This document shows, piece by piece, positions 22,817 to 35,800 of a stretch of DNA of 64,000 bases. The stretch is from the NCBI RefSeq assembly GCF_026571515.1, contig NW_026859721.1, positions 248,001-312,000 on the forward strand. The letters run 5' to 3'. Position numbers and translations under genes: made by a program. The notes below the pieces were generated by a model. That model ran no database searches. It was not told the origin of the DNA and worked only from the letters and a program-made list of their open reading frames with translations. Positions within the stretch are counted from its first letter, which is position 1, and each line of letters begins with the position of its first letter. This stretch comes from Ruditapes philippinarum (taxonomy: Eukaryota).

Positions 22817-25800
22817 ATGCAATCAGTTGATATCATCAGGGTAAGAAATAATATCTAATTGCAATCATTCTTCTGTATTTTTATTTCATACTGATAACAA
22901 TATTACAATGTATATGTAACTCATGACCGGTTCGATTGGGAAAATGGAAGAGCTACCAGCTCTTTCGGACTGTTCGATTGGTCGCCTTCTATTTTCAGAA
23001 GCTGTTCTATCTATTCCACCCGATGGACAAAATATTTGGAAGAGAAAAAAAACACGTGATCAAACAGCATGACTGACAAGGATTAGGAGTAAAATAAAAC
23101 AATTTTTAATACTGCGGTTGTTACATTTTTACTTTCTTCTGATTAAGAGAATAAGTATTTTATCACAAAATCAATATAGCAAAAGTTTGTTACAATTTAT
23201 TCTTAAAAATAAGTTATCAATAGAGCTTTAAATATCTAAGAAGGTAACCATATAATACCGCAAAAACGCCATGGTATATAACAAGTATGTTTTTACCTAT
23301 ATATATAACAAGCTGACATTACTATAAATAGAAACTGATATTACACACCATAGCGAAAAAGGAAGTGTAAAATATTTGAAAAAAAAATATCGTCAAACAG
23401 AAAGAGGAAATGTTAGAAAATGGAAAAAGATTCAGGTTAGATTAAAGTTTTGAAAACAATTTTAAGTTTAATTCATGTGATTTCTATAATGTTACTTTAT
23501 GTAATGTGTACACCAGTTTATATCTGTATATTTCAATTAACTGAACTAAATCATAAGTTAAACGTGTAAGTAAACAAAGAAATTTTATATTGAAATAACC
23601 TTGAACTAATTAAACTTAATGTTATTAAACAAAAAAAAAAATATACGTTTTACTTTTAACAAAAATGTTCTATAAAACGAAATAAAAAATACAAAATTTA
23701 TTTCAACTGTAGATATTTATTTATCAGATTTTTTCAAAAGGTCATATAAATGAGGTTAAAATATAGTAACACGATAACGTGTATTCAATAGATCATTACA
23801 ATAAAACATGAAACCATGTTTTATCTATCACAATTTTATATTAAAGTAGGATTATGTTAAGATTTTTAGATATAATGTACGTGGAAAGATTATCGAAATA
23901 TTTTGTACGTTTATCAATTAACAAATATAATGAATGCTTTTAGATTATCGAATACACTGTGTGTATAGGATTACCAAATACGCTGTAAATGTATAAAGAT
24001 CATCAAGTATACTTTTAAGAAAATAATTGATTGTTACATTAAACTGAGAATCTTCGATATGTATGCTGAATAGCAGGTTTACATTCTAACGGTTGACCTT
24101 CTCGAAATATGCCATAATGTAAATATCTAAAAGTTTTCGTTCATTTTGATTAAAGTCTCCATATACAATAGTCTCAAAAAATAAATCAGGTAAGAAACGA
24201 ATTTAGCAGATCACAGATGCATAAATTCAAAAGACAGTTCATTTCAGCTTGTTTACAAGACGCTATTTAAACAGTACCCTATTATACTCTTAATTATAGA
24301 TTTCAGAATTTTGCTTGTTGGACGTACGGGGCATGGTAAAAGTTCAACTGGTAATTCGATAGTTGGGAAAGATGTATTTGAAGTATCTGCATCTTCGAGA
24401 TCAAAGACAAAGACTTGTCAGTGGTCAAATGTAAGCACTTATTGTTTGTACTGCTTAGTTCCAGAAAGAATCCGAATGTGTTTCAATTAGCTTATAGCTT
24501 CGAACCTTATAGAACTAAAATGAATTCGCTTAAACAAAAAAGAACTTTTTTTTTCTTTTCCAACGAAATAGTTTATTTTTTCTTTTATAAATATTTAAAC
24601 GACAGATTTTAGTTGTCAACTTTGTGAAAATGTTTAATCAATGTTTGTTCCTCAAAGACTTTAGGCACGTTTATTTCAAAACCACATGCATGTAGTATCT
24701 TTACTTTACTTAGATGCAGTGTGAGTGAAGGTTTTACAGAAAGTATATACGATATTAGTTCTATTATGAATTGCAACAAATTTACTTCTAAGGTAATAAA
24801 TGTGCAATTAATCATCGTTAAATTTGGTATGTTCGGACATGCAAAATACTTAAACATATTTAAATTAAGGGTAAGTGAATAACCAAAATATGTTGTTCAT
24901 GTTTTGTTTTGCAGAAATTTCAAAGGTTTGGAAAAGTTGTTGAGGTTGTTGATACACCCGGGTTGTTCGATACAGATCTTGACCAGTTAGCAGTGCACAA
25001 GGAACTGCTAAAGGCTTTAGTATTGACAACCCCAGGTTTCCATGTAATTGCTTTTGTTTTGATGAAAGGAAAATTTACAGAGGAAATACAAAAGACACAA
25101 GATCTGTTCTTCCAGTGGTTTGGCAAAGATGTAGAAAAATTTGCATGCATTATTCTCACCGACACGGACAGTGACGAAGATAAAGAAAGTTATATCAAAG
25201 ATGACCCGCATCCGAAATTAGCAGAATTGGTGCAAACATGTAATGACAATGTTGTAGCATTGAATAACAAAAACAGTGAAACGAAAAAACAAGATCAGAT
25301 AAACAAACTTTTTGAAGTAGTTGAAAAGATCAAACGTGATAATTCTGATACGCATTTTTCTAATGTCATTTTTCAATTTGCTGAGTCATATATGAAGAGC
25401 AAATATCCAAACAAGCTCACAAAAGATTCAATACGAATAATTGAACGCTTTGATTTGGAGCAATTATCCCAATGTCAGAGACATCGGCTTCAGCAATTGA
25501 TGGATATGCTCACTGAATATGACGATAGCGAGGATTTGGTTGTGGAAACGGACGTAGACTCAACTGATAATGACCAATTATTTTTAAGAAAAGCTGATGA
25601 AGAGACTGACTTTGTCAGCAGCGGAAGCAAGGGAAATCTCCAAATATTTGATAGTAAGTCAAATGAAAGGATATTAAACATACAGGACCCCGATCAAGTT
25701 TTAAGACATAAAAAGATGGTAACAGGTTCAGATGAAGTTGCCTCATCGAATGAATTTGGATATAGTTTTAACACAGCAAATACAGACGAGGTTCCCGGAA

Positions 25801-26144
25801 AAAGTTCTGAATATGTTGCAAGCAATGTCGTGCGTGATCAAATAGATGCGAAACAACATTCAACATACCAAATTGAAAGTGATGAACATTCTGCCTTAAT
25901 GCAAGGATCTTCACAATCCAAAACGGACAACAATAAATATCGTGAGAAAAAGGGCAGGTCCAGAGGAGACCGAGTAATTGATATCGAAAGTGTCAGCTAC
26001 GATGTTCCACCGTGTTCACCTTTAGATGACTATAAAGATAGAGTCAACAATGGAGAGCATGTAGAAGAAGAATTGAAAGGATTGTTGGGATATTTTAAGA
26101 AAGTTTGGAGATACTGTAAACGAAAAAGATGCATTATTTTATGA
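22817..26144 (+). CDS. GIMAP/AIG1-family GTPase copy 5 with a polybasic CaaL C-terminus (CKRKRCIIL)
   Basis: Firm exons: 24300-24430 ([22 protein letters not shown]) and 24915-26144 ([19 protein letters not shown]). Tentative 5' exons 22817-22840 (MQSVDIIR) and 24156-24189 ([11 protein letters not shown]) fit the phases. Confidence 0.85.
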
Positions 26145-28262
26145 TGATATTGTACGGACAAATTAACTGTTTACTTACCTAAACTCCAAATGGTTATTAT
26201 CGGGGGAATGTAGCCTGCTCGATTTTGAAACTGAAATTGTACATGAACATATAGTTGTAACAAATGTTGAAGACAGCTTATCAAGTAAATAGGGAAAATA
26301 AGCAGCTTAGCAAATGTATAAGACATACTGTGAACAATTAGATATAATTCTAAATCACTATTATTTGGTATAAACCTAGTATTTATTTTACTGATTTATT
26401 TGCATGCAGTAGTTGCTTCTAATCACCTAAATTCATATTCTTGAAATTCTGCCAAGTAGATATCTTATTTTTAACATGACATTTTAGCTTTATATACAAG
26501 CAATTATTAATGCAATTTAATAACATGAGATTTGCTTTGTAAATACTGACAAAAACTATGCATGTGTTGTCTTTTGTTGTTGTTTTTGTGTGTTTGTATC
26601 TGTAATTAATAATTCATTGATTAGAAAATTATATGATATATATTATACAATTTTCATGGTCAAATTTGTTAAGGGTCCATTATCCGTTTCATGCACAAAT
26701 CAAAGTTTAAATTCAAAATTAACTTAAAATGTGTACCAATTATATCATTTGATTCTTATATTTAACTTTTTCAGCGTAAAATCTTCATGAATACATTACA
26801 TATTTAGTTTCAATTTAATTGAGTTGTTAGTTATGAAGTAAATGATCTTAAACAAGATAGAATAAAGCTATATCTAATATGTAATCAAACATTGTTATAA
26901 AATGTATGAACTGTAAAACTGTGTTGTTTCCATATTCTTGTGATCGAGTTGCGAATGAGCTGTAACATTCATTGTCTCCTCGATTATTTAAAGCTATTTC
27001 AAGTAGGCTTTTAACCAATTAGAAATGAGTGTGTGCATGTAAGGCAATTTACAAACAACTTTCTTACAAACAGACAGCTCAAACTATTATTTTTATTCAA
27101 ACGATAAAAAAGTGTTATAGACTTAAAGCAAAATGTTGACCAACGCCGACGACTGGTCATAACAAAAGCTGTACTGTTTATTTTTCGAGAAGTAAATATA
27201 AGATGAAAGAACATGTGAAAAGGTATACTCTAGGAGATTATCTGTTATCATTTTTTAATGTCACATATTTTGATGGGCATTTAAAAGATATTTCCAAATA
27301 TAAATAACGATTGGTAATAATTAACTTTTGTAGGAAAAAAAATAACGTATGCATACTACAAAAATTATAGAATTTTTTTTCAAATAATCGCGATTCAGTA
27401 TTAATGCTGATATGACCATAAAAAGAACTATTAAATATAGTTTACTTTATCCAAAAAAGAATTGGCATGAATTTCATTGATGCAGAATAGTAACAAATAA
27501 ACACAATTTTTGGGTCCTTTGCTAAAGTCTACGTAACAAACGAGTTAAAATCCTACGATACAATATGAAAAAGTTAACTTCTTATCATCTTATCGATAGA
27601 ACTCCAGTCGTTTCTATATATTAAAATCAGAACAGTTTAAATCACACACCGAAAAATCATTCGTTAGTCTATTTTAACGAGAAAAAAAAGGCATAAAAGA
27701 GACCAAAATGGCGTCCAAAAGCTGGATACGGATCCATTCATGTATGTTATTAAGATCAAATGATTTAGACTTGAAATTGTTATACAGGTATTCCTAAACA
27801 AACAAACAAAAAAGAACAGATAAAGCAATCAGTACACAGAAGACGAAATATGCAAGTAGTACTATCATTACACGGTTCCAATTTCATTTTTCCATACTGT
27901 TCTTGACAATTATAATTTCGCGCCATTTATATAATTTACGATTACGATTTGTGAAAACTGTTTTGATTTAAATTTGCATATCGTTATTTTGCTACAAAGA
28001 AAATGCTATTTTATTATTACCTGCATATCAAACCAAACTTAAAAGAATAAATTTGTTTTTAAGCTGACTTTGTGTATTGTGTTTGTTCAATTTTAAATTT
28101 GTTATAGTTTGATCAAGGTTTGGAGCCTCATTTTCTAAAAATCTACTTGATATATGTTCCATATAGGTTAGTTTCATTAGGAGTGAAATAAAGTTTGTTT
28201 CCATACATTCGATTTAGTGACTAAGATATTTGCAACTGAACATTGACCTACAAATGACAGAG

Positions 28263-28280
28263 TGACGTCAGTTTATAAAT
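28263..28280 (+). promoter_or_regulatory. Full CRE palindrome next to a TATA-like box, upstream of the PKS
   Basis: TGACGTCA at 28263-28270 is followed by TATAAAT, about 1.6 kb 5' of the PKS ATG. This is a motif match only. Confidence 0.25.
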
Positions 28281-29897
28281 AAGAGGAAACGGTTTTCAGT
28301 AAAAAGCTAAACATAGCGTATGCCAACTGTCCAAGTAGTGTTATGAATTTACTCTTTTGACATTTCGCAAAAATGCATGAAAATTGTGATTTGTGGTTAT
28401 TGTTTTCGTTTGTTTTGCCGGAATATTTTGTTTTTTCTAACAGTTAATCATAAGGAAAGTGCAAAAATAAGTAATAGAAACAAGAGGCTATCTGATTTGT
28501 ACGAGGGGGCGTCTGAGTACAAATCAGATTGCCGAGTGTTTTGATGTTCTTTCTCTTTTGTATCATAGTAAAAAAACACGTTCCTTGTTGTCACAATATG
28601 AAACCCCCAAAAAATGTAACCAATGAACGAGCATCTAAATATGATATTTCTGTCGCTATCCCTTTCTCTGTCGCCACAATAAGTAAGCCTCTAGACAAAA
28701 TTAGCCAATCAATGAACATGCGTTGGAGTGAGGGTAACTAATACATGCACTCCTGTTAACGCACTGTGCATGCTTTAACTCTGACACATCTTCAACAGAA
28801 AGGTCACAAGTAAACATTTGTATGAGCACCTGATAGAACTATTAATAGACTTTGGTTTTATACCAATTTGGAAGTTACTCCTTATAAAAATCAAAGTGAA
28901 AAGAAATACACAAATTGTGTTTTTAGTAATTTCAAATATGATCCCAATTAAATGAATGATTTCTAAATGCCTTGGATGAAAATAATGTTTTTGTTTATTT
29001 TCATACATTATATTTTAAAATGGCACTTTAAGAGATTTAGTATCAATAATAAAAAAAGACTGAGCTGCCAAGAGTTTAAATCCTGGAGAGTACAGGTTGA
29101 CCTGACTCTACTTTATATACCAGCGGAAGAGGCTAATCACTTCCGGTTCAAGTAAGCTTAGGGTAAAGGGTTTTCATCAACTTCAGCAGATAGAGAGAAA
29201 TTTGAAGTTTACAAACTTTGATATATTTAAAGTTTGATGTAGAAAAATGTGACTGAAAAAAAAATGTCCTGCCGATGTTTTACGGTTAACATATGACGAA
29301 AAGGTAACGCTCGAGTGAACATACATATATAACAAATGAAGACTTATTCAAATTGACACCATTAAAGTATAGTATAAAGAACATTTTAAATCATCGACTC
29401 AGTCCAGGTTTTTTTTGTGCCTTTACCTCGTAATATAACTGTATAAAGATGTCACAGCATTCAATATTCAAAATACAAATATCGTGTGACACAGATTCAA
29501 GACAGACATCGGGTACGAGAGACCCTAGAATAAACGCAGAATAACTACTTGTATTTTAAACTGAAAAAGGGGATATGAAGTTTATACCGGTTCGAAATGA
29601 ATATAGTGCATGCTCCATTAACTTTTACCTCTTTAAATGTTACAATAGCAAATGATAGATTAAATTACCCTTTTCCTATTTAATGCTTCACTGTGTATGT
29701 ATTCAGACACGTTTGCAAAGTAAGTGTAGCGTTCATTCGAGGGCAAAAAATAACACTATGATTGAAACTATGTGTTTTTTAAGTTGTTTTATATTCTTCA
29801 ATAATATTTACAACGTAAGTATCTCTTAATTGCCGTGACGATGCAATTTTAGAATAAAAGAGTATACCGTTTTAATACACATTCTGTTAGTCTAATC

Positions 29898-32800
29898 ATG
29901 ACGTCACCGGGAAGAGAAGTTGTGATAAGCGGGATTTCCTGTCGTCTGCCGATGTGTGATAACATGGATGAACTGAAGGAAAATTTGCTAAATGGTGTCG
30001 ATATGATAAATCATGGGAAACAAAGGATAAATACTGGTGAGTATATCAGCTTTACAGACTTCAGCTTAATATATAGTTTAATAACAAGAAGTTACCGACC
30101 TTTTTATTATCATCATAAAATACAGGTATCAGGTACTTAAAAGGATGGCGTATTTCTTTTTACTTTGAATAAATTTGGAACTTGAAACTTGGTATCTCTT
30201 CTTAAAAACGAGAAACACGGATGAAATGAAGCAAAGTCGCTTAAATGTAAAATACGTTTATATGATATAGAGTTTCTTTCAGCGTAGCGTGTAATTTAAA
30301 AATATAATTATATCAAAATAAACTGGTGGCGTTGCCCCATTTACTTATAACATGTATAAAGTATTAATTTGAAGTATGTGTCGTTCAAACTTTATTAATG
30401 AGAAAGGTTCTGCAGTGTATTATGTTTAAAATATCTTACCTTAAAATTATAGTAACGAGAACTTACGTATACAAGGTTACAAAATAAATGTGTCAATGTT
30501 ACTCAGCGTACTAGAGTGGACCTATTCATCGTGGGATATAATTATGCTTTCATATACAATAGACTCAAATATGAATTATAGTCTCCAAACCCTTAAATTG
30601 CTTTTACTTTTGATATTTTCTCTAATACTTTAACACAAATGTAACTGCGGTAACAAGTAAACAGAAAGTTCATGTCATGGCATAAATGTAGTTTATCCAT
30701 ATTATTGATATTGTTATTGGTATACTGTTGCAGATATGTTTGCTTTGCCACCCTATGGACAAATAAAAGATCTGTCGAGGTTCGATGCAAGTTTCTTTGG
30801 CATATCCGCTGCGCAAGCAAATAAAATGGATCCTTCATTGCGGATACTTATGGAAGTTACTTATGAAGCGATTGCAGACGCAGGTACTAACGTTATATGA
30901 ACAGAGGAGATATTATTCACAAACGATATGCCAATTAAAAAAGCTTGTTATATTCTTAGTTTTTATTTGCCGTACTGAAAAGTTTATAGTATTACTCACA
31001 AATTTTTACAGACAAAATGATGACACTAGCATATTTCGATAAGGAAAATGTTAAAATGATAAGAAGATGAGAAAGCGTCACTTCTAAAATCAAACTTTCA
31101 AGTTAATCAAGCGTTTTGTAATCAAATTTTACTATCATGATTGTTCCAAGGTATTGATCCACTTGCACTACGGAAATCCGACACAGGTGTTTATGTTGGT
31201 ACTGGTCCTTCGCAGTTTCATTTTGCAATGTCGGATGACATAGACAAAATATCTGGTTATGAGATGACAGGTTCAGAACAATGCATGTTGGCAAATCGTC
31301 TTTCCAACTGGTTTGATTTTCGAGGTAATCATTTCTTAGTTTCTCTTGTAGTCGCTGTGTGTAAAAAGGTCAGATGACAACAAAAATAATGTTATACTTT
31401 ATAATTGAATTTTGTAATCCGTAATCACTGTGCAGAACTGGTCTTTTATAAAAAATAAATAAATATCAAGATAATTATTTATCTATAACATTAACCCAAA
31501 ATCTGCTGGAAGTGTTTAACTTTTGCAAGGAGTACGTAGCCAGGCCAGGCTGTAAACCCATCCTAAGAGATGAGCCTTATTTAAATTTCATTTCAAAGGT
31601 CCAAGTCTTGTTATGAACACAGCATGCTCATCCAGCCTCGTTGCACTTGATAAAGCAGTAAAGGATGTGAGACAGGGAGTATGCAGTTCTGCCATTGTAG
31701 CAGGTGTAAATATTTTATGCCATCCTGGAATTAGTAAACAGCTTCAGAAACTCGGTATGCTGTCTCCAAATGGCCGATGCGCGTCTTTTGATGAAGAAGG
31801 TAAACATTTTCTCAGCTTTTTTGACGCTATAAAGTACATTATTCTATGAATCATGTTCATTGCTTTTTTTTAATAAGTTTTACAAACAAGTTTCTAAAAT
31901 TTAGAAGATTTTGTCAAGACGCAAAAAATCGGTATCCTATCATATGCCTAACTTACGCCGATTGCTTCAGTTAAATGCAAAAACTAGAATAAGTAAGTAA
32001 TAGGAAACAAGAATGAATTGTCTCTGCAAACTCATTTCCTTAAAAATGTATCTTGCGTACATGAAAAAATTATCATTATTAATTTAACAAGAATATTAAA
32101 ACAACAATTGATGTCCGTGTCTCAGTAAGACCGCAAAACGTTTAAACACTTACTAGTACATTTTGTTTGCACAAAATGAAAACTATACTTGTATGCTATA
32201 TTGTTCAATTTATTTAGCCGACGGCTATTGTAGAAGTGAAGGAATTGTTGCAATAATTATACAAAGAAAAGAGATGACAAGAAGGATTTATTGTGAAATC
32301 GTTCACTCAAAGGTCAACAACAATGGATCTTCTTCCAATGGTAATTTTAATATTGTTGCGTTCAGTGATTTTTGTTTCATATAACAATTGCCATGAGTAA
32401 TATATTGTGAAGCAGACATGCTCTACCTATAACTGAAGCATGCAGCTTTGATGCCCTTTTTGACACCAAACATGTGTGACTTATTCCTGATAAATTCGTT
32501 GTCTAATTATGAGAACCGTGTCCATTTAGAAAGACATACTAGTAATTGTAACCAAGGTGAATATTATAAAAATTGTTACAGGCATAATATCAACATCGAA
32601 AGAAGCACAGTGCAAACTTCTTCAAGAGCTTTATTAAGAAGCCGGGTGAACCCAAACGATATGTACTATATCGAGGCACATGCCACTGGTACCCAATCTG
32701 GTGAAAAGTTTGAGGCGGAATCGATTGCTGAAATATTTTGTACACAAAAAAGTGGTCCCCTTAAAATTGGATCGGTAAAATCGAATCTCGGACATACTGA

Positions 32801-35800
32801 AAATGCATCAGGTATATTCGGGTTTCTTACTTTTATCTTTCCGGCTTTTCCTTATCAAATTAATGAATTATGAAATATACATACATTGTTATGTATTGAC
32901 ACTCGAACGATATGCAAGTATGGAAAACCACTCAAACGCTTTAATGTAATCCAGTAAAAATATATGTATTGAAAATTATGACGATTCAATAAAAAATTAC
33001 TGAACGGTAATCTTATCTGCGTACGACTCAAGACGCGGGATATATTTTCGTCGGTATAATCTTCAAACTTTTATTTTGCATTTCCTAGGCTTGGTGTCAT
33101 TAGCAAAAGTGATTGTAGCAATGGAGACAAAAATCATACCGAAAATCTTACACTTCTCTGTGCCAAACAGCAGCTTATCCGAACTCTGTAATGGGCAGCT
33201 GGAAGCCGTTCAGGAAAATCTACACTTTAAAGGAGATTACATTGGCATTAACAACTTCGGGTTCGGAGGAACAAACGCACATGTACTTCTCAAAACTCAC
33301 TGTATCGCTACACCATGTACGTTAGAAATCTCGAGGGCTAAACTTGTATTATATTCCTCAAGAGAACCAAGTTCAGTGGAAGAAACAATAGAAAAAATAG
33401 CAAAATATGACCAATATTTTCACTTACTGTTGAGGAATGCAAATCTTATGACAGGGATGGCAAAAGTTAAAGCATATTCAACAGCGGATGAGACATCATG
33501 GAAAACAATGGTGGGCTAACCATTTCAATAATTAAGTGTATACCTTAAATTAAACAAGTAGTTTAACCTATATGTTGTAAAACGCAATCCAGCACAAACC
33601 TTTTTAATGTTGAAATTTGATTGATTATTGATACTTTTATTGCTAACTTTTCTTTTCTTTTTAAATAATCGTAAATGTCCTAATTTAAATGTATTCAATT
33701 AAATTTGTCAAGGACAACCATAACTCGGAGCAGCAAGTGTGGTACGTGTTTTCTGGAATGGGAGCTCAATGGCATGGTATGGGTAAAACAATGATGGAAG
33801 TCGTTGCTTTCCGCAAATCAATTCTGAAGTCAAACATGGCCCTTCAAGAATTTGATATTGACCTTGAGGAAATCATAGAGATGGGCACATGTACTGATTA
33901 CATAGTGGACATTCCTGTTATGATTACAGCTATACAGGTAAATATGAGTGATTAAGGTAGTTGACTTCAAACGCTTGCCCCTCACCACTGTGAGTCCGAA
34001 TCCCGCCATATCTAGAAGCAATCCAGCTACCTTACGTGCGGACAATCGGGGTTTCTACTTAGGTGTCAGTTAATACCTGAAATAGTGCACGGAGGGACAT
34101 ATTCACCAGTAAAGCAGGACAATCGCCCACTATTTAATGTGCTGAGGCGACGTAAAACTCAAACAAACATACGAGTAACAAGAAACATTGAAAACATCCG
34201 ATTCATTCGGAAAAAGGTTAATTGACAACATTTTGTAAATAAATGAAAATTATAGACAACTTACACGTGGGAATCGGGGTTTTACTATTTAACTTACATG
34301 GGTGCTTTGGTTTCGTGCTGAAACAATTTAGTAAACATTGTATTAAAAATCATTGACGTGCTCTATTTACATTTTCATATAAAATTTAGCAAAATTAACA
34401 CTACTTTTTGCCACCAGTAAAGAGTCAGACCAGCCTGTACAGCTTTGCAGTATGTCCACACTCTATACTTTTGCCTGACTCTTTTTCAAATTTTCATCTT
34501 AATACCCCCAAAACTGGCACCAGTCAAGTCCAAAACGAAAGGTGGATAAGTAAGGCCATAAAAAGTAAACAGTTCAGGTGGATTGAAAATATTCATTAGT
34601 CCATTGATGTTTATATTCTTTATATTTAAGTATTACTGCATACACTATTTATATTTGTGTATAATTACTGGTTATTTCTACACTTGAGTATGATGTTTAC
34701 ATGGGAAAATATGTTCTTGTGTTCCTTTTTAAGATTGCTTTGTATGATATTTTGTGGGATATTGGGATAAAACCGGATGGTATAATTGGACATTCAGTGG
34801 GAGAACTGGCCTGTGCCTATGCAGATGGCTGTTTAACTCGTGAGGAAACACTTTATATTGCGTATAAACGGGCTTTTTGCATTCAGAACGCTGATTTGCC
34901 ACATGGGGCTATGGCTGCTATAGGTACGTCCTAACTCATCCATTAGCTATAAATTATATTTACATCAAAAAGCATAGTCCTTTTTAGTTTTGAGTCCCTT
35001 CTTTCGTGTATTTTTGTGTTGTATGCTTTAATTAATGTCAACATGTAAAGATTTAAACAAAGAAAATATATTGACTACATTCATTGACTAGATTCAATGC
35101 AAGTCATATAGAAATAACTGTTACCTGAACATGATAATTATGAAGCTGCTTTTATCACGTTTATTTTCTTTTTCGTAATTCATGTATTGCACCACAGGTT
35201 TGTCATTAGAGCAAGCAGAGTCAGTGATGCCAAAGGAAGTGACGGTTGCATGTCACAATGCACAGGATTCTGTAACAATATCCGGTAGGACATGTGCTAT
35301 AGACCAAATCATAAAGGATCTTAATGCAAAAGGTGTATTTGCAAAACATGTAAATACTAACGGCATAGCTTTTCATTCAAATGATCTACATGTGGTTGAA
35401 GAGCCATTTAGAGTGGCGATTAAACAAGTAAGTACATGTCACAAAGCAATCGTCTAGTTGCACATAATGTCATATAGAATAAAATGCATTTCTGTGTTAC
35501 AGTCGATACTATCGAATATTTTACCTTTGAGATATTTTAACTTTTGGTATGGCTAAAATGTTGCATAACAATTGGATGATTTTTGTTACAGGTTCTAAAG
35601 TCTCCGAGAATTAGAAGCAAAAAATGGATAAGCACAGTTATACCAAACTGCATGACGGAGTGTGAGGTATCCAGATATCTTACGGCTGACTATCTTACGA
35701 AGACTCTGACAAGTCCAGTCCTGTTTTATGAGGCAACACGGCAAATTCCAAATGGGGCAATCGTAATAGAAATTGCACCACATTGTTTACTACAACCACT

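Noticed and set aside
25540-25612. VETD and EETD tetrapeptides in the copy 5 tail as caspase sites
   Set aside because: They are not conserved as Asp in the paralogs (EETE, EESE), the P1' residues are unfavourable, and such matches are expected by chance in an acidic tract.
9584-25681. Antisense ORFs overlapping GIMAP exons (for example 9584-9781, 17040-17327, 17586-17843, 24920-25165)
   Set aside because: They are shadow frames of the real coding strand with no independent evidence.
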